From Mycolicibacterium smegmatis (lineage in GTDB: Bacteria > Actinomycetota > Actinomycetes > Mycobacteriales > Mycobacteriaceae), in NCBI RefSeq assembly GCF_001457595.1, contig NZ_LN831039.1:1710001-1742000 (forward strand): a stretch of DNA of 32,000 bases. Direction: 5' to 3'. This document shows positions 1 through 7,671 of the stretch, piece after piece. Both the position numbers and the translations under genes were made by a program. The notes under the pieces are model-generated. The model did not search any database. It was given only the letters and a program-made list of their open reading frames with translations, and was not told where the DNA came from. Position 1 is the stretch's first letter. Every line of letters starts with the position of its first letter.

Positions 1-1
1 G

Positions 2-172
2 CAGCCCGGTGGCGAACTGTACGGGCTCGAACAACTGTCGGGCGGCCTGGTGCTGTTCGGTGGAGGCCTGCTGCTGGAACGTGACGGCGCGGTCATCGGC
101 GCCATCGGCGTCAGCGCCGGAAGCGTCGAGCAGGACGTGAAGGTCGCCGAGGCCGGCGTCGCCGCACTCTGA
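2..172 (+). CDS. 3' end of a GlcG/DUF336 (PduO C-terminal-like) haem-binding protein gene; the 5' end lies outside the window
   Basis: Reading from nt 2 gives QPGGELYGLEQLSGGLVLFGGGLLLERDGAVIGAIGVSAGSVEQDVKVAEAGVAAL*, with stop TGA at 170-172. The G-x-IGVSG...D...A segment is the typical C-terminus of the GlcG/HbpS family. It is absent from the ORF track because the ORF is open at the window edge. Confidence 0.55.
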   Translation, partial: QPGGELYGLEQLSGGLVLFGGGLLLERDGAVIGAIGVSAGSVEQDVKVAEAGVAAL

Positions 173-187
173 CGCTTCAGGAATCGC

Positions 188-886
188 TCAGTCCACGAGC
201 ACACAGTCGCCGCAGTATCCGCCGCCGGGCACCTGATAGAACAGGCAACAGTTCCGGCGGCGGAACCGGCCGTCGGTGACCTCGGCGGTGCCGAGCAACG
301 GCTCGGCCGCGATCATGTCTCGCACGAGTGCGCGGCCGAAACCCTCGGCGCCGGGTCGGTTCTGGGCGAGCACCGTCACCGCACCGTTGGCGGCCGACGC
401 GATGTTGCCCCACATCACCTGCGGTGGCAGCGAAACCGCCTGCTGCATGGCCGTGTTCAGCAGACGTAGGACGCCGTCGACCAGCGTCGCGGTGATCTCG
501 GCGGCCGCCGAGCCCGCGTCGGGCACGGGTGACCACTCGACGCGGGAAACGCCCAACGCCGGCCGGTGCGACGAATCGTCGTGCCAGAACACCGAATCCG
601 GTGTCAGCGACGGTACAGCGGACAGGCACGCCGCCGCGCCGACGGCGGGGGAGAGCAGGCGCGACACGATCGACAGGTGCAGCGACGATGCCGCGGCCCT
701 GACCGGGACATCGTCGACGCCGATGCCGAACCCGGTCGCGGTCGCCGCACGCATGCGCGACGTGTACTCGCGCAGGATCGCGGCGTCGCCGCACAACGTG
801 TCCACGGGTCGCCACGAACCACCCGCGACGGGCAGAGCGAAGAACTCACCCAACGCCGCAAGCGCACCCAGATTCCGATTCTCCAT
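188..886 (-). CDS. FhuF-like (2Fe-2S)-binding ferric-reductase family protein
   Basis: ORF 188..1000(-). The most plausible start is ATG at 886 (MENRNLGALAALGEFF...). The C-terminus RRRNCCLFYQVPGGGYCGDCVLVD carries C-C-x10-C-x2-C, the FhuF C-terminal 2Fe-2S signature. It is divergent from the dehydratase operon. Confidence 0.65.
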   Translation of the reverse strand: MENRNLGALAALGEFFALPVAGGSWRPVDTLCGDAAILREYTSRMRAATATGFGIGVDDVPVRAAASSLHLSIVSRLLSPAVGAAACLSAVPSLTPDSVFWHDDSSHRPALGVSRVEWSPVPDAGSAAAEITATLVDGVLRLLNTAMQQAVSLPPQVMWGNIASAANGAVTVLAQNRPGAEGFGRALVRDMIAAEPLLGTAEVTDGRFRRRNCCLFYQVPGGGYCGDCVLVD

Positions 887-1040
887 TGTGGGCACACGGT
901 AATCGGTGGATCGATACAGTGCGCACGCCCGCCTTGACCTGCGACGCAACGCTCGTGCAACGTGAGCCAGAGCACAATTGGTACTTGCGTAAGAGAACAC
1001 GCCTGGGCGAGTGATCGCCCCGCATCAGTTGGGAGCTTGC

Positions 1041-1469
1041 ATGTCAGAACCCGTCCTCGATCCCGCGGTCGACTACCCGCTGAGCCTCAACCGCAAGGAC
1101 CTGCTCACCACGCCCAACGGCAAGCCGATCGATGCCATCACGATGGACGCCGTGATGTCGGGCGAGGTGTCCGCGTCGGATCTGCGCATCACTCCGGAGA
1201 CCCTGCGGTTGCAGGCCCAGATCGCCGAGGGGGTGGGGCGCAAACAGCTCGGCGCCAACCTGCGCCGCGCTGCGGAGATGACCGCCATCAGCGACGAGCG
1301 CGTGCTGCAGATCTACAACGCGCTGCGCCCCAACGCCTCGACCAAGGCCGAACTCGACGCGATCGCCGAGGAGTTGGAGACCCAGTACGGAGCGACGATG
1401 CTGGCCGGCCTCGTCCGCGAGGCCGCCGACGTCTACGAGCGCCGCGACATCCTGGCCACCAGCGAATAG
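1041..1469 (+). CDS. pduE: AdoCbl-dependent glycerol/diol dehydratase small (gamma) subunit
   Basis: ORF 1011..1469; ATG at 1041 is preceded by GGGAG. DYPL...DLRITPETLRLQAQIAEGVGRKQLGANLRRAAEMTAISDERVLQIYNALRPNASTKAELDAIAEELETQY aligns almost residue for residue with my memory of PduE/DhaB3. About 142 aa, the short DhaB3-like length. Confidence 0.85.
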   Translation: MSEPVLDPAVDYPLSLNRKDLLTTPNGKPIDAITMDAVMSGEVSASDLRITPETLRLQAQIAEGVGRKQLGANLRRAAEMTAISDERVLQIYNALRPNASTKAELDAIAEELETQYGATMLAGLVREAADVYERRDILATSE

Positions 1470-1478
1470 GAGACACCT

Positions 1479-3191
1479 GTGACGACAGCCAGAAATCTGG
1501 GCACCGAGGCCAAGCGCCAGTCGGAACGCACCAAGCTCCTGGAGGAGCGCCCGGTCAACCTCGACGGCTTCGTCCAGGAGTGGCCCGAGGTCGGCATGGT
1601 CGCGATGGACAGCGCGTTCGACCCCGAACCCAGTGTGCGGGTGGAGAACGGCGTGATCGTGGAGATGGACGGCCGCGCCCGCGCCGACTTCGACTTCATC
1701 GACCAGTTCATCGCCGACCACGCCATCGATGTGGCCACCACCGAGCAGTCGATGGCTCTGCCGGCCGTCGAGATCGCGCGCATGCTGGTGGATCCGCGCG
1801 TGACCCGCGACGAGGTGATCGCGGTGACCGGCGGGCTGACCCCGGCCAAGCTGCTGGAGGTCGCCAAGAACCTCAACATCGTCGAGATCATGATGGGCAT
1901 CCAGAAGATGCGGGCCCGTCGCACCCCGGCGAACCAGGCACACTGCACCAGCGCCCGTGACAATCCGCTGCAGGTCGCGTGTGAGGCCGCCGAGGCGTCG
2001 CTGCGCGGGTTCTCCGAAGTGGAAACCACTTTGGGCGTCGTGCGGTACGCGCCGCTGGTGGCGATGGCGCTGCAGATCGGCAGCCAGGTGGGCTCCGGCG
2101 GCCTGCTGACCCAGTGCGCGCTGGAGGAGGCCACCGAACTCGAACTCGGCATGCGCGGCATCACGGCCTACGCCGAGACGATCTCGGTGTACGGCACCGA
2201 ATCGGTGTTCGTCGACGGTGACGACACCCCGTGGTCCAAGGCGTTCCTCGCGGCGGCCTACGCGTCGCGCGGCATCAAGATGCGGTTCACCTCCGGCACC
2301 GGATCCGAGGTGCAGATGGGCAACGCCGAGGGCCGCTCGATGCTGTACCTGGAGATCCGCTGCATCCTGGTGGCCAAGGGCGCGGGGGTGCAGGGCCTGC
2401 AGAACGGCTCGATCTCGTGCATCGGCGTGCCGGGCGCGGTGCCCGCGGGCATCCGTGCGGTGGCCGCGGAGAACCTCATCGCCTCCGCGGTGGACCTCGA
2501 ATGCGCGTCGGGCAACGACCAGTCGTTCTCGCACTCGCCGATGCGGCGGACGGCACGCCTGCTGCCGCAGATGCTGCCGGGCACCGACTTCGTCTGCTCG
2601 GGGTACTCCGCAGTCCCCAACTACGACAACATGTTCGCCGGGTCCAACCTCGACGCCGAGGATTTCGACGACTTCAACACCATCCAGCGCGATCTGCAGG
2701 TCGACGGCGGCCTGCGGCACGTGAACGAGGCCGAGATCGTCGCCGCGCGCCGCCGGGCCGCCCAGGCCCTGCAGGCCGTGTTCCGGTACCTCGATCTGCC
2801 CGCGATCACCGACGCGGAGATCGAGGCGGCGGTGTACGCACACGGCAGCCGTGAGCTGATCCCGCGTGACGTGCTCGAGGACCTCAAGGGTGCGCAGCAG
2901 GTCATGGACCGCAACGTCACCGGCCTGGACCTGGTGAAGGCACTGGAGTCCACCGGGTTCGCCGACATCGCCGAGAACCTGCTCGCCGTTCTGCGGCAGC
3001 GGGTTTCGGGCGACCTGCTGCAGACGTCGGCGATCATGACGCGCGATCTGAAGCCGCTGTCGGCGGTCAACGACCGCAACGACTACGCCGGACCGGGCAC
3101 CGGGTACCGCCCGTCCGGTGCGCGGTGGGAGGAGATGAAACGGCTGCGTCACGTCACCAGCGCCGAGAACCCCGAACTGGAGGTGGAGTGA
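1479..3191 (+). CDS. pduC: AdoCbl-dependent glycerol/diol dehydratase large (alpha) subunit
   Basis: 570-aa ORF; GTG start is preceded by AGGAGA. ERPVNLDGFVQEWPEVGMVAMDSAFDPEPSVRVENGVIVEMDGRARADFDFIDQFIADHAID matches the PduC/DhaB1 N-terminus, and the length is typical (about 555 aa). Confidence 0.95.
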   Translation: MTTARNLGTEAKRQSERTKLLEERPVNLDGFVQEWPEVGMVAMDSAFDPEPSVRVENGVIVEMDGRARADFDFIDQFIADHAIDVATTEQSMALPAVEIARMLVDPRVTRDEVIAVTGGLTPAKLLEVAKNLNIVEIMMGIQKMRARRTPANQAHCTSARDNPLQVACEAAEASLRGFSEVETTLGVVRYAPLVAMALQIGSQVGSGGLLTQCALEEATELELGMRGITAYAETISVYGTESVFVDGDDTPWSKAFLAAAYASRGIKMRFTSGTGSEVQMGNAEGRSMLYLEIRCILVAKGAGVQGLQNGSISCIGVPGAVPAGIRAVAAENLIASAVDLECASGNDQSFSHSPMRRTARLLPQMLPGTDFVCSGYSAVPNYDNMFAGSNLDAEDFDDFNTIQRDLQVDGGLRHVNEAEIVAARRRAAQALQAVFRYLDLPAITDAEIEAAVYAHGSRELIPRDVLEDLKGAQQVMDRNVTGLDLVKALESTGFADIAENLLAVLRQRVSGDLLQTSAIMTRDLKPLSAVNDRNDYAGPGTGYRPSGARWEEMKRLRHVTSAENPELEVE

Positions 3192-3193
3192 TC

Positions 3194-3790
3194 ATGAGTG
3201 CGCAGAGCACACAGGCACAGCGCACGCTCGAGCTGGTCGGTGACAGCCCCGCCGAACCCGGCAAGCGGTCCGACGAGGTGGTGCTGGCCGTGTCGCCGGC
3301 GTTCGCCGACTTCTTCAGCCAGACCATCATCGGGTTGTCCCACGCCGACGTGATCCGCGAGATCCTCGCAGGCATCGAGGAACAGGAAGTCCACGCCCGC
3401 TGTATCCGCGTGCGCCACAGCAGCGATCTGGCGGTCCTCGCGCACACCGCGGCGAAGCTGTCCGGCTCGGGCATCGGCATCGGGATCCTGTCGCGTGGCA
3501 CGTCGATGATCCACCAGCGGGACCTGCCGCGGCTGTCGAGCCTCGAGCTGTTCCCGCAGAGCCCGCTGATGACGCTGGAGACCTACCGGTCCATCGGGTC
3601 CAACGCCGCGCAGTACGCGAAAGGCGAGTCGCCCGAACCGGTTCCGACGCTCAACGACCAGATGGCCCGCCCGCGCTGGCAGGCCAAGGCGGCGCTGCTG
3701 CACCTCAAGGAGACCGAGCAGGTCGTCAAGCAGGCGAAGCCCGTCGAGGTGGTGCCGCAGTTCGGCGTCGCCGAGGCACTGGGGACCTGA
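3194..3790 (+). CDS. pduD: Glycerol/diol dehydratase medium (beta) subunit
   Basis: ATG at 3194 lies 2 nt after the alpha stop, with RBS GGTGGAG. EVVLAVSPAF...LSGSGIGIGILSRGTSMIHQRDLPRLSSLELFPQSPLMTLETYRSIGSNAAQYAKGESPEPVPTLNDQMARPRWQAKAALLHLKETE matches PduD/DhaB2. At 198 aa it lacks the long N-terminal extension of encapsulated PduD. Confidence 0.9.
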   Translation: MSAQSTQAQRTLELVGDSPAEPGKRSDEVVLAVSPAFADFFSQTIIGLSHADVIREILAGIEEQEVHARCIRVRHSSDLAVLAHTAAKLSGSGIGIGILSRGTSMIHQRDLPRLSSLELFPQSPLMTLETYRSIGSNAAQYAKGESPEPVPTLNDQMARPRWQAKAALLHLKETEQVVKQAKPVEVVPQFGVAEALGT

Positions 3791-5661
3791 TGGCACTTAC
3801 CGTTGTCGGCGTCGACATCGGTAACTCGACCACCGAGGCCAGCGCCGCGGCGATCGAATCGGACGGTTCGGTGCGGTTCCTCGGCGCGGCGCTGACCGCG
3901 ACGACCGGGATCAAGGGCACACCCAAGAACGTCGACGGCGTCGCGGCCGCGGTGACGCGCGCTCTCGCCGAGGCCGGGATCGCGCCCGCCGAACTCGACG
4001 TCGTCCTGCTCAACGAGGCCACCCCGGTGATCAGCGGGCTCGCGATGGAGACCATCACCGAGACCATCATCACCGAGTCGACGATGATCGGGCACGATCC
4101 GCGCACCCCCGGCGGTCGCGGACTCGGCGTCGGGACCACGGTCGCGTTCGACGCGCTGCCCGAAGCCGATCCGGGTGCCGGGTTCGACGCGGGGGTGATC
4201 GTCGTCGTCCCGAAAGGCGTCGACTTCGAGGCCGCCGCGCACACGATCAACGCGGCCACACGCCGCGGTGTCAAGGTGACCGCAGCGATCCTCGGCAACG
4301 ACGACGCCGTGCTGGTGGTCAACCGCCTCGACACCAGGATCCCCGTCATCGACGAGGTGTCGCGCATCGACGCGGTCCCGCTCGGCATGCTCGCGGCCGT
4401 CGAGGTCGCCGGGCCCGGCCAGTCGATCCGCACGCTGTCCAACGCGTTCGGTCTCGCCACGATCTTCGACCTCGACGCCGCGGCCACCAAGGTGGTCTCG
4501 CCGGTGGCCCGCGCCCTGACCGGCAACCGGTCGGCGGTCGTGGTGCGCACGCCGGCAGGCGACGTCGCCGACCGGACCATCCCCGCGGGATCCCTTGAGC
4601 TGAGCGGGGAACGGCGGAAGGCCTCCATCGACGTGTCCCGCGGGGCCGTCGAGATCATGGCCGCCGTCGAGCGCGTCGCCCCGCTCACCGACGTCGTCGG
4701 CGAATCCGGCACCAACACCGGCGGCATGATCTCCAACGTGCGCCAGAGCATGGCCGACCTGTCCCAGCACGACGCCGCCGACGTGCGCATCCAGGATCTG
4801 CTGGCCGTCGACACCTTTGTGCCGCAGGAGGTTCGCGGCGGCGTGGCCGGCGAGGTCGCGCTGGAGAACGCCGTCGCGCTGGCGGCCATGGTGCGCACCA
4901 AGGAAAGCGGTATGCGCGCGGTGGCCGACGCGGTCCGCGACCGTCTGCGTGCCACCGGCGCGACCGGCGCCGACGTCGAGGTCGGTGGCGTGGAGGCCGA
5001 GATGGCGGTGCTGGGCGCGCTGACCACACCGGGCACCGACCAGCCACTCGTGGTGCTCGATCTCGGCGGCGGATCCACCGACGCAGCCCTGATCGAGGCC
5101 GACGGCACCATCGACGCCGTGCACCTCGCGGGCGCGGGCGATCTGGTGACCAAATTGATCGACGCCGAACTCGGACTGGACAACCTGGAACTCGCCGAGG
5201 ACGTCAAGCGGTACCCGCTGGGCAAGGCCGAGAGCTTCTTCCACGTCCGCCTGGAGAACGGCACCGTGCAGTTCTTCGAGAAGGCGCTGCCCACAACGGC
5301 GTTCGCACGGGTCGTCGCGCTCGCGGACAACGGCATGACCCCGATACCCACGCGGCATTCGCTGGAGCGCATCAGGGCCGTGCGCCGCACCGCCAAGGAG
5401 CGCGTGTTCGTCGTCAACGCGTTGCGGGCACTGCGAGCCATCGCCCCTGCCGGTGATCTGCGCCAGATCGACTTCGTGGTGCTGCTCGGCGGGTGCGCGC
5501 TGGACTTCGAGATCCCCGAACTCATCGCCGACGCGCTCGCTCCGTACGGGATCGTCTGCGGTACAGGAAATGTGCGGGGGACCGAGGGGCCGCGCAACGC
5601 CGTGGCCTCGGGGCTGGTGGCCGCGCACGCCCAGAAACCGGGGACGCCCCTTGACGCGTAG
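3790..5661 (+). CDS. ddrA: Diol/glycerol dehydratase reactivase large (alpha) subunit
   Basis: 623-aa ORF; the ATG overlaps the beta stop (TGATG). The N-terminus VVGVDIGNSTTE is the actin/Hsp70-like ATPase phosphate-1 motif of DdrA/PduG/GdrA, and both length and position fit. Confidence 0.9.
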   Translation: MALTVVGVDIGNSTTEASAAAIESDGSVRFLGAALTATTGIKGTPKNVDGVAAAVTRALAEAGIAPAELDVVLLNEATPVISGLAMETITETIITESTMIGHDPRTPGGRGLGVGTTVAFDALPEADPGAGFDAGVIVVVPKGVDFEAAAHTINAATRRGVKVTAAILGNDDAVLVVNRLDTRIPVIDEVSRIDAVPLGMLAAVEVAGPGQSIRTLSNAFGLATIFDLDAAATKVVSPVARALTGNRSAVVVRTPAGDVADRTIPAGSLELSGERRKASIDVSRGAVEIMAAVERVAPLTDVVGESGTNTGGMISNVRQSMADLSQHDAADVRIQDLLAVDTFVPQEVRGGVAGEVALENAVALAAMVRTKESGMRAVADAVRDRLRATGATGADVEVGGVEAEMAVLGALTTPGTDQPLVVLDLGGGSTDAALIEADGTIDAVHLAGAGDLVTKLIDAELGLDNLELAEDVKRYPLGKAESFFHVRLENGTVQFFEKALPTTAFARVVALADNGMTPIPTRHSLERIRAVRRTAKERVFVVNALRALRAIAPAGDLRQIDFVVLLGGCALDFEIPELIADALAPYGIVCGTGNVRGTEGPRNAVASGLVAAHAQKPGTPLDA

Positions 5662-6025
5662 CGCCGGACAGCCCGAGCGGCCCGTGATCCAGGTGTTCAC
5701 CGCGCTGACGGGCGCTTCCGGGGAGTATGCGGCGGTCACCCGCGACGTGCTGGCCGGCATCGAGGAAGAAGGCGTCCCGTACGCCGTGACGACGGTCGCC
5801 GAGGACGTGCCCGTGGCGGATCTGGCGCGCCGGGCCGCCATGAGGTCGCCACTTCAGGTGGGGGTGGGGATCGGCGCAGGCGGCGGGGTCTGCGTGCACC
5901 ACGACATGCTGGAAGATCCCTTGCCCGAGTTGAGTTCTGCCGACCCCGCTGATTCGGTGGCCGCGCGGATGCTCGGGCACAACGCGGCGCGAATCGTCGT
6001 CGGTTTGCCACTCAAACCTGATTGA
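5651..6025 (+). CDS. ddrB: Diol/glycerol dehydratase reactivase small (beta) subunit; start uncertain (TTG 5651 or GTG 5684)
   Basis: In-frame part of ORF 5453..6025. PVIQVFTA...VLAGIEEEGVPYAV...LQVGVGIGAGGGVCVHH resembles the DdrB/PduH and dehydratase-beta-like fold (GIEEEG motif). About 113-124 aa, located directly after the large reactivase subunit. Confidence 0.6.
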   Translation: MTRSAGQPERPVIQVFTALTGASGEYAAVTRDVLAGIEEEGVPYAVTTVAEDVPVADLARRAAMRSPLQVGVGIGAGGGVCVHHDMLEDPLPELSSADPADSVAARMLGHNAARIVVGLPLKPD

Positions 6026-6086
6026 TCTCATCCGGTTTGCGCGTTGGGGTGGACAGCCACGCCATCGGGGGAGATACTCATTGATC

Positions 6087-6108
6087 AAAGGTTGAGTTTC
6101 CAACCTTT
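6087..6108 (+). other. Perfect 8-bp stem-loop (AAAGGTTG-agtttc-CAACCTTT), immediately preceded by the 8-bp palindrome TTGATCAA (6081-6088). Possible operon boundary or regulatory element.
   Basis: Read directly from the sequence; it lies about 60 nt after the reactivase beta stop, inside the 233-nt gap before the permease gene. There is no U-tract, so this is not a canonical intrinsic terminator. Confidence 0.3.
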
Positions 6109-6258
6109 AGGTCCGTGCAGGGTGGCGCGGCCGACGCTCGAAGCCCGAGAACCGGGGGCCGAAAGGTGGTTACACCGGTCAGTTGCACCGACGGTGAGCA
6201 ACTGGCGCTCGTCGAATCCGACGCGAATCCAATGGCATTGCAAACAAGGGAGTTTGAC

Positions 6259-7671
6259 ATGGCGGGTGTGGAAGAACACCTGGAAAGTGCAGATTACCTG
6301 CAGAAGCGCCAGCTCAAATCGGGCAGCGCGGGATGGGTGCTGCTCGCCGGACTGGGCGTCAGTTACGTCATCTCGGGTGACTACTCCGGGTGGAACTTCG
6401 GCCTCGAACAAGGCGGCTTCGGCGGCCTGGCGATCGCGGCCATCATCATCGCCGGCATGTACCTGGCCCTCGTGCTGGGCATGGCCGAACTGTCCTCGGC
6501 GCTTCCCGCGGCAGGTGGCGGCTACACGTTCGCCCGCCGGGCCCTCGGCCCGTGGGGCGGTTTCGCGACCGGCACCGCGATCCTCATCGAGTACTCCATC
6601 GCACCCGCGGCCATCGCCACCTTCATCGGCGCATACGTCGAGTCCCTCGGCCTGTTCGGCATCACTGCCGGGTGGTGGATCTACCTCGTGGCGTTCGCGA
6701 TCTTCATCGGCATCCACCTCGCGGGTGTGGGTGAGGCGCTCAAGGTGATGTTCGTGATCACCGCCATCGCCATGGTGGGCCTGGTGGTGTTCGCCCTCGC
6801 CGCGATCGGCCAGTTCGACGCGTCCAACCTGACCAACATCGCGCCCGACGCAGGCGCCGCCGGTGCGTCGTCCTTCCTGCCGCACGGCTACCTCGGAATC
6901 TGGGCCGCGATCCCGTTCGCGATCTGGTTCTTCCTCGCGATCGAGGGCGTGCCCCTGGCCGCGGAGGAAACCGTCGATCCCGAGCGCAACGTGCCCCGCG
7001 GCATCATCGCGGGCATGGGTGTCCTGCTGGTAACCTGCGTCGTGGTGCTGTTCCTGGTGACCGGCGCCGGTGGTGCCGAACAGATGTCGACGTCGGGCAA
7101 CCCGCTCGTCGAGGCGCTCGGTGACGGCACCGCGGCCAAGGTCGTCAACTACATCGGCCTCGCGGGCCTGATCGCGAGCTTCTTCTCGATCATCTACGCC
7201 TACTCGCGCCAGTTGTTCGCCCTGTCGCGTGCCGGCTACCTGCCGCGGGCGTTGTCGGTGACCAACAAGCGCAAGGCGCCGACGCTGGCGCTGGTGATCC
7301 CCGGCATCATCGGCTTCCTACTGTCGCTGACCGGCCAGGGCGACCTGCTGCTCAACATGGCGGTGTTCGGCGCGGCGCTGAGCTACGTGCTCATGATGGT
7401 CAGCCACATCACGCTGCGCGTGCGTGAACCCAACATGCCGCGGCCGTACCGCACCCCGGGCGGCGCCGTGACCACCGGGTTCGCGCTCGTCGTCGCATGC
7501 TTCGCGGTGATCGCGACGTTCCTGGTGAACCCGATCGCCGCGGGCCTGTGCCTGCTGGTGTTCGCCGGATTCATGCTCTATTTCGCGGTGTACAGCCGCC
7601 ACCGCCTGGTGGCCAACTCGCCCGACGAGGAATTCGCCATGCTGGCAGAAGCGGAGAACGAACTGAAGTGA
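6259..7671 (+). CDS. eat: Ethanolamine permease (APC superfamily, Eat/EutP type)
   Basis: ORF 6115..7671; ATG at 6259 is preceded by AAGGGAG. About 470 aa and polytopic (many hydrophobic segments). The N-terminal LQKRQLKSGSAGWVLLAGLGVSYVISGDYSGWNFGL is typical of ethanolamine permeases. Its stop overlaps the eutB start (GTGA). Confidence 0.85.
   Translation: MAGVEEHLESADYLQKRQLKSGSAGWVLLAGLGVSYVISGDYSGWNFGLEQGGFGGLAIAAIIIAGMYLALVLGMAELSSALPAAGGGYTFARRALGPWGGFATGTAILIEYSIAPAAIATFIGAYVESLGLFGITAGWWIYLVAFAIFIGIHLAGVGEALKVMFVITAIAMVGLVVFALAAIGQFDASNLTNIAPDAGAAGASSFLPHGYLGIWAAIPFAIWFFLAIEGVPLAAEETVDPERNVPRGIIAGMGVLLVTCVVVLFLVTGAGGAEQMSTSGNPLVEALGDGTAAKVVNYIGLAGLIASFFSIIYAYSRQLFALSRAGYLPRALSVTNKRKAPTLALVIPGIIGFLLSLTGQGDLLLNMAVFGAALSYVLMMVSHITLRVREPNMPRPYRTPGGAVTTGFALVVACFAVIATFLVNPIAAGLCLLVFAGFMLYFAVYSRHRLVANSPDEEFAMLAEAENELK

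Noticed and set aside
934-963. TTGACC - 18 nt - CAACGT as the promoter of the dehydratase operon. The 10-mer TTGACCTGCG also occurs in the candidate rplM promoter.
   Set aside because: The -10 candidate is weak (only the xA...T positions fit), and the shared 10-mer is most simply a coincidence. This is not enough to call a feature.
1044-3152. 702-aa ORF on the minus strand. Similar very long ORFs occur at 3583..5841(-), 3726..5597(-), 12502..14313(-), 22231..23985(-), 24007..25719(-), 25125..27161(-), 26630..28858(-), 29822..31822(-) and 962..1960(+).
   Set aside because: All lie antisense to or out of frame with genes that have unmistakable homology (pduC, ddrA, glmM, glmS, nnr, gadB, alr and others). 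Their translations are Arg/Gly/Pro/Asp-rich low-complexity strings with no recognisable motifs. Stop-codon-poor shadow ORFs are expected in DNA this GC-rich.
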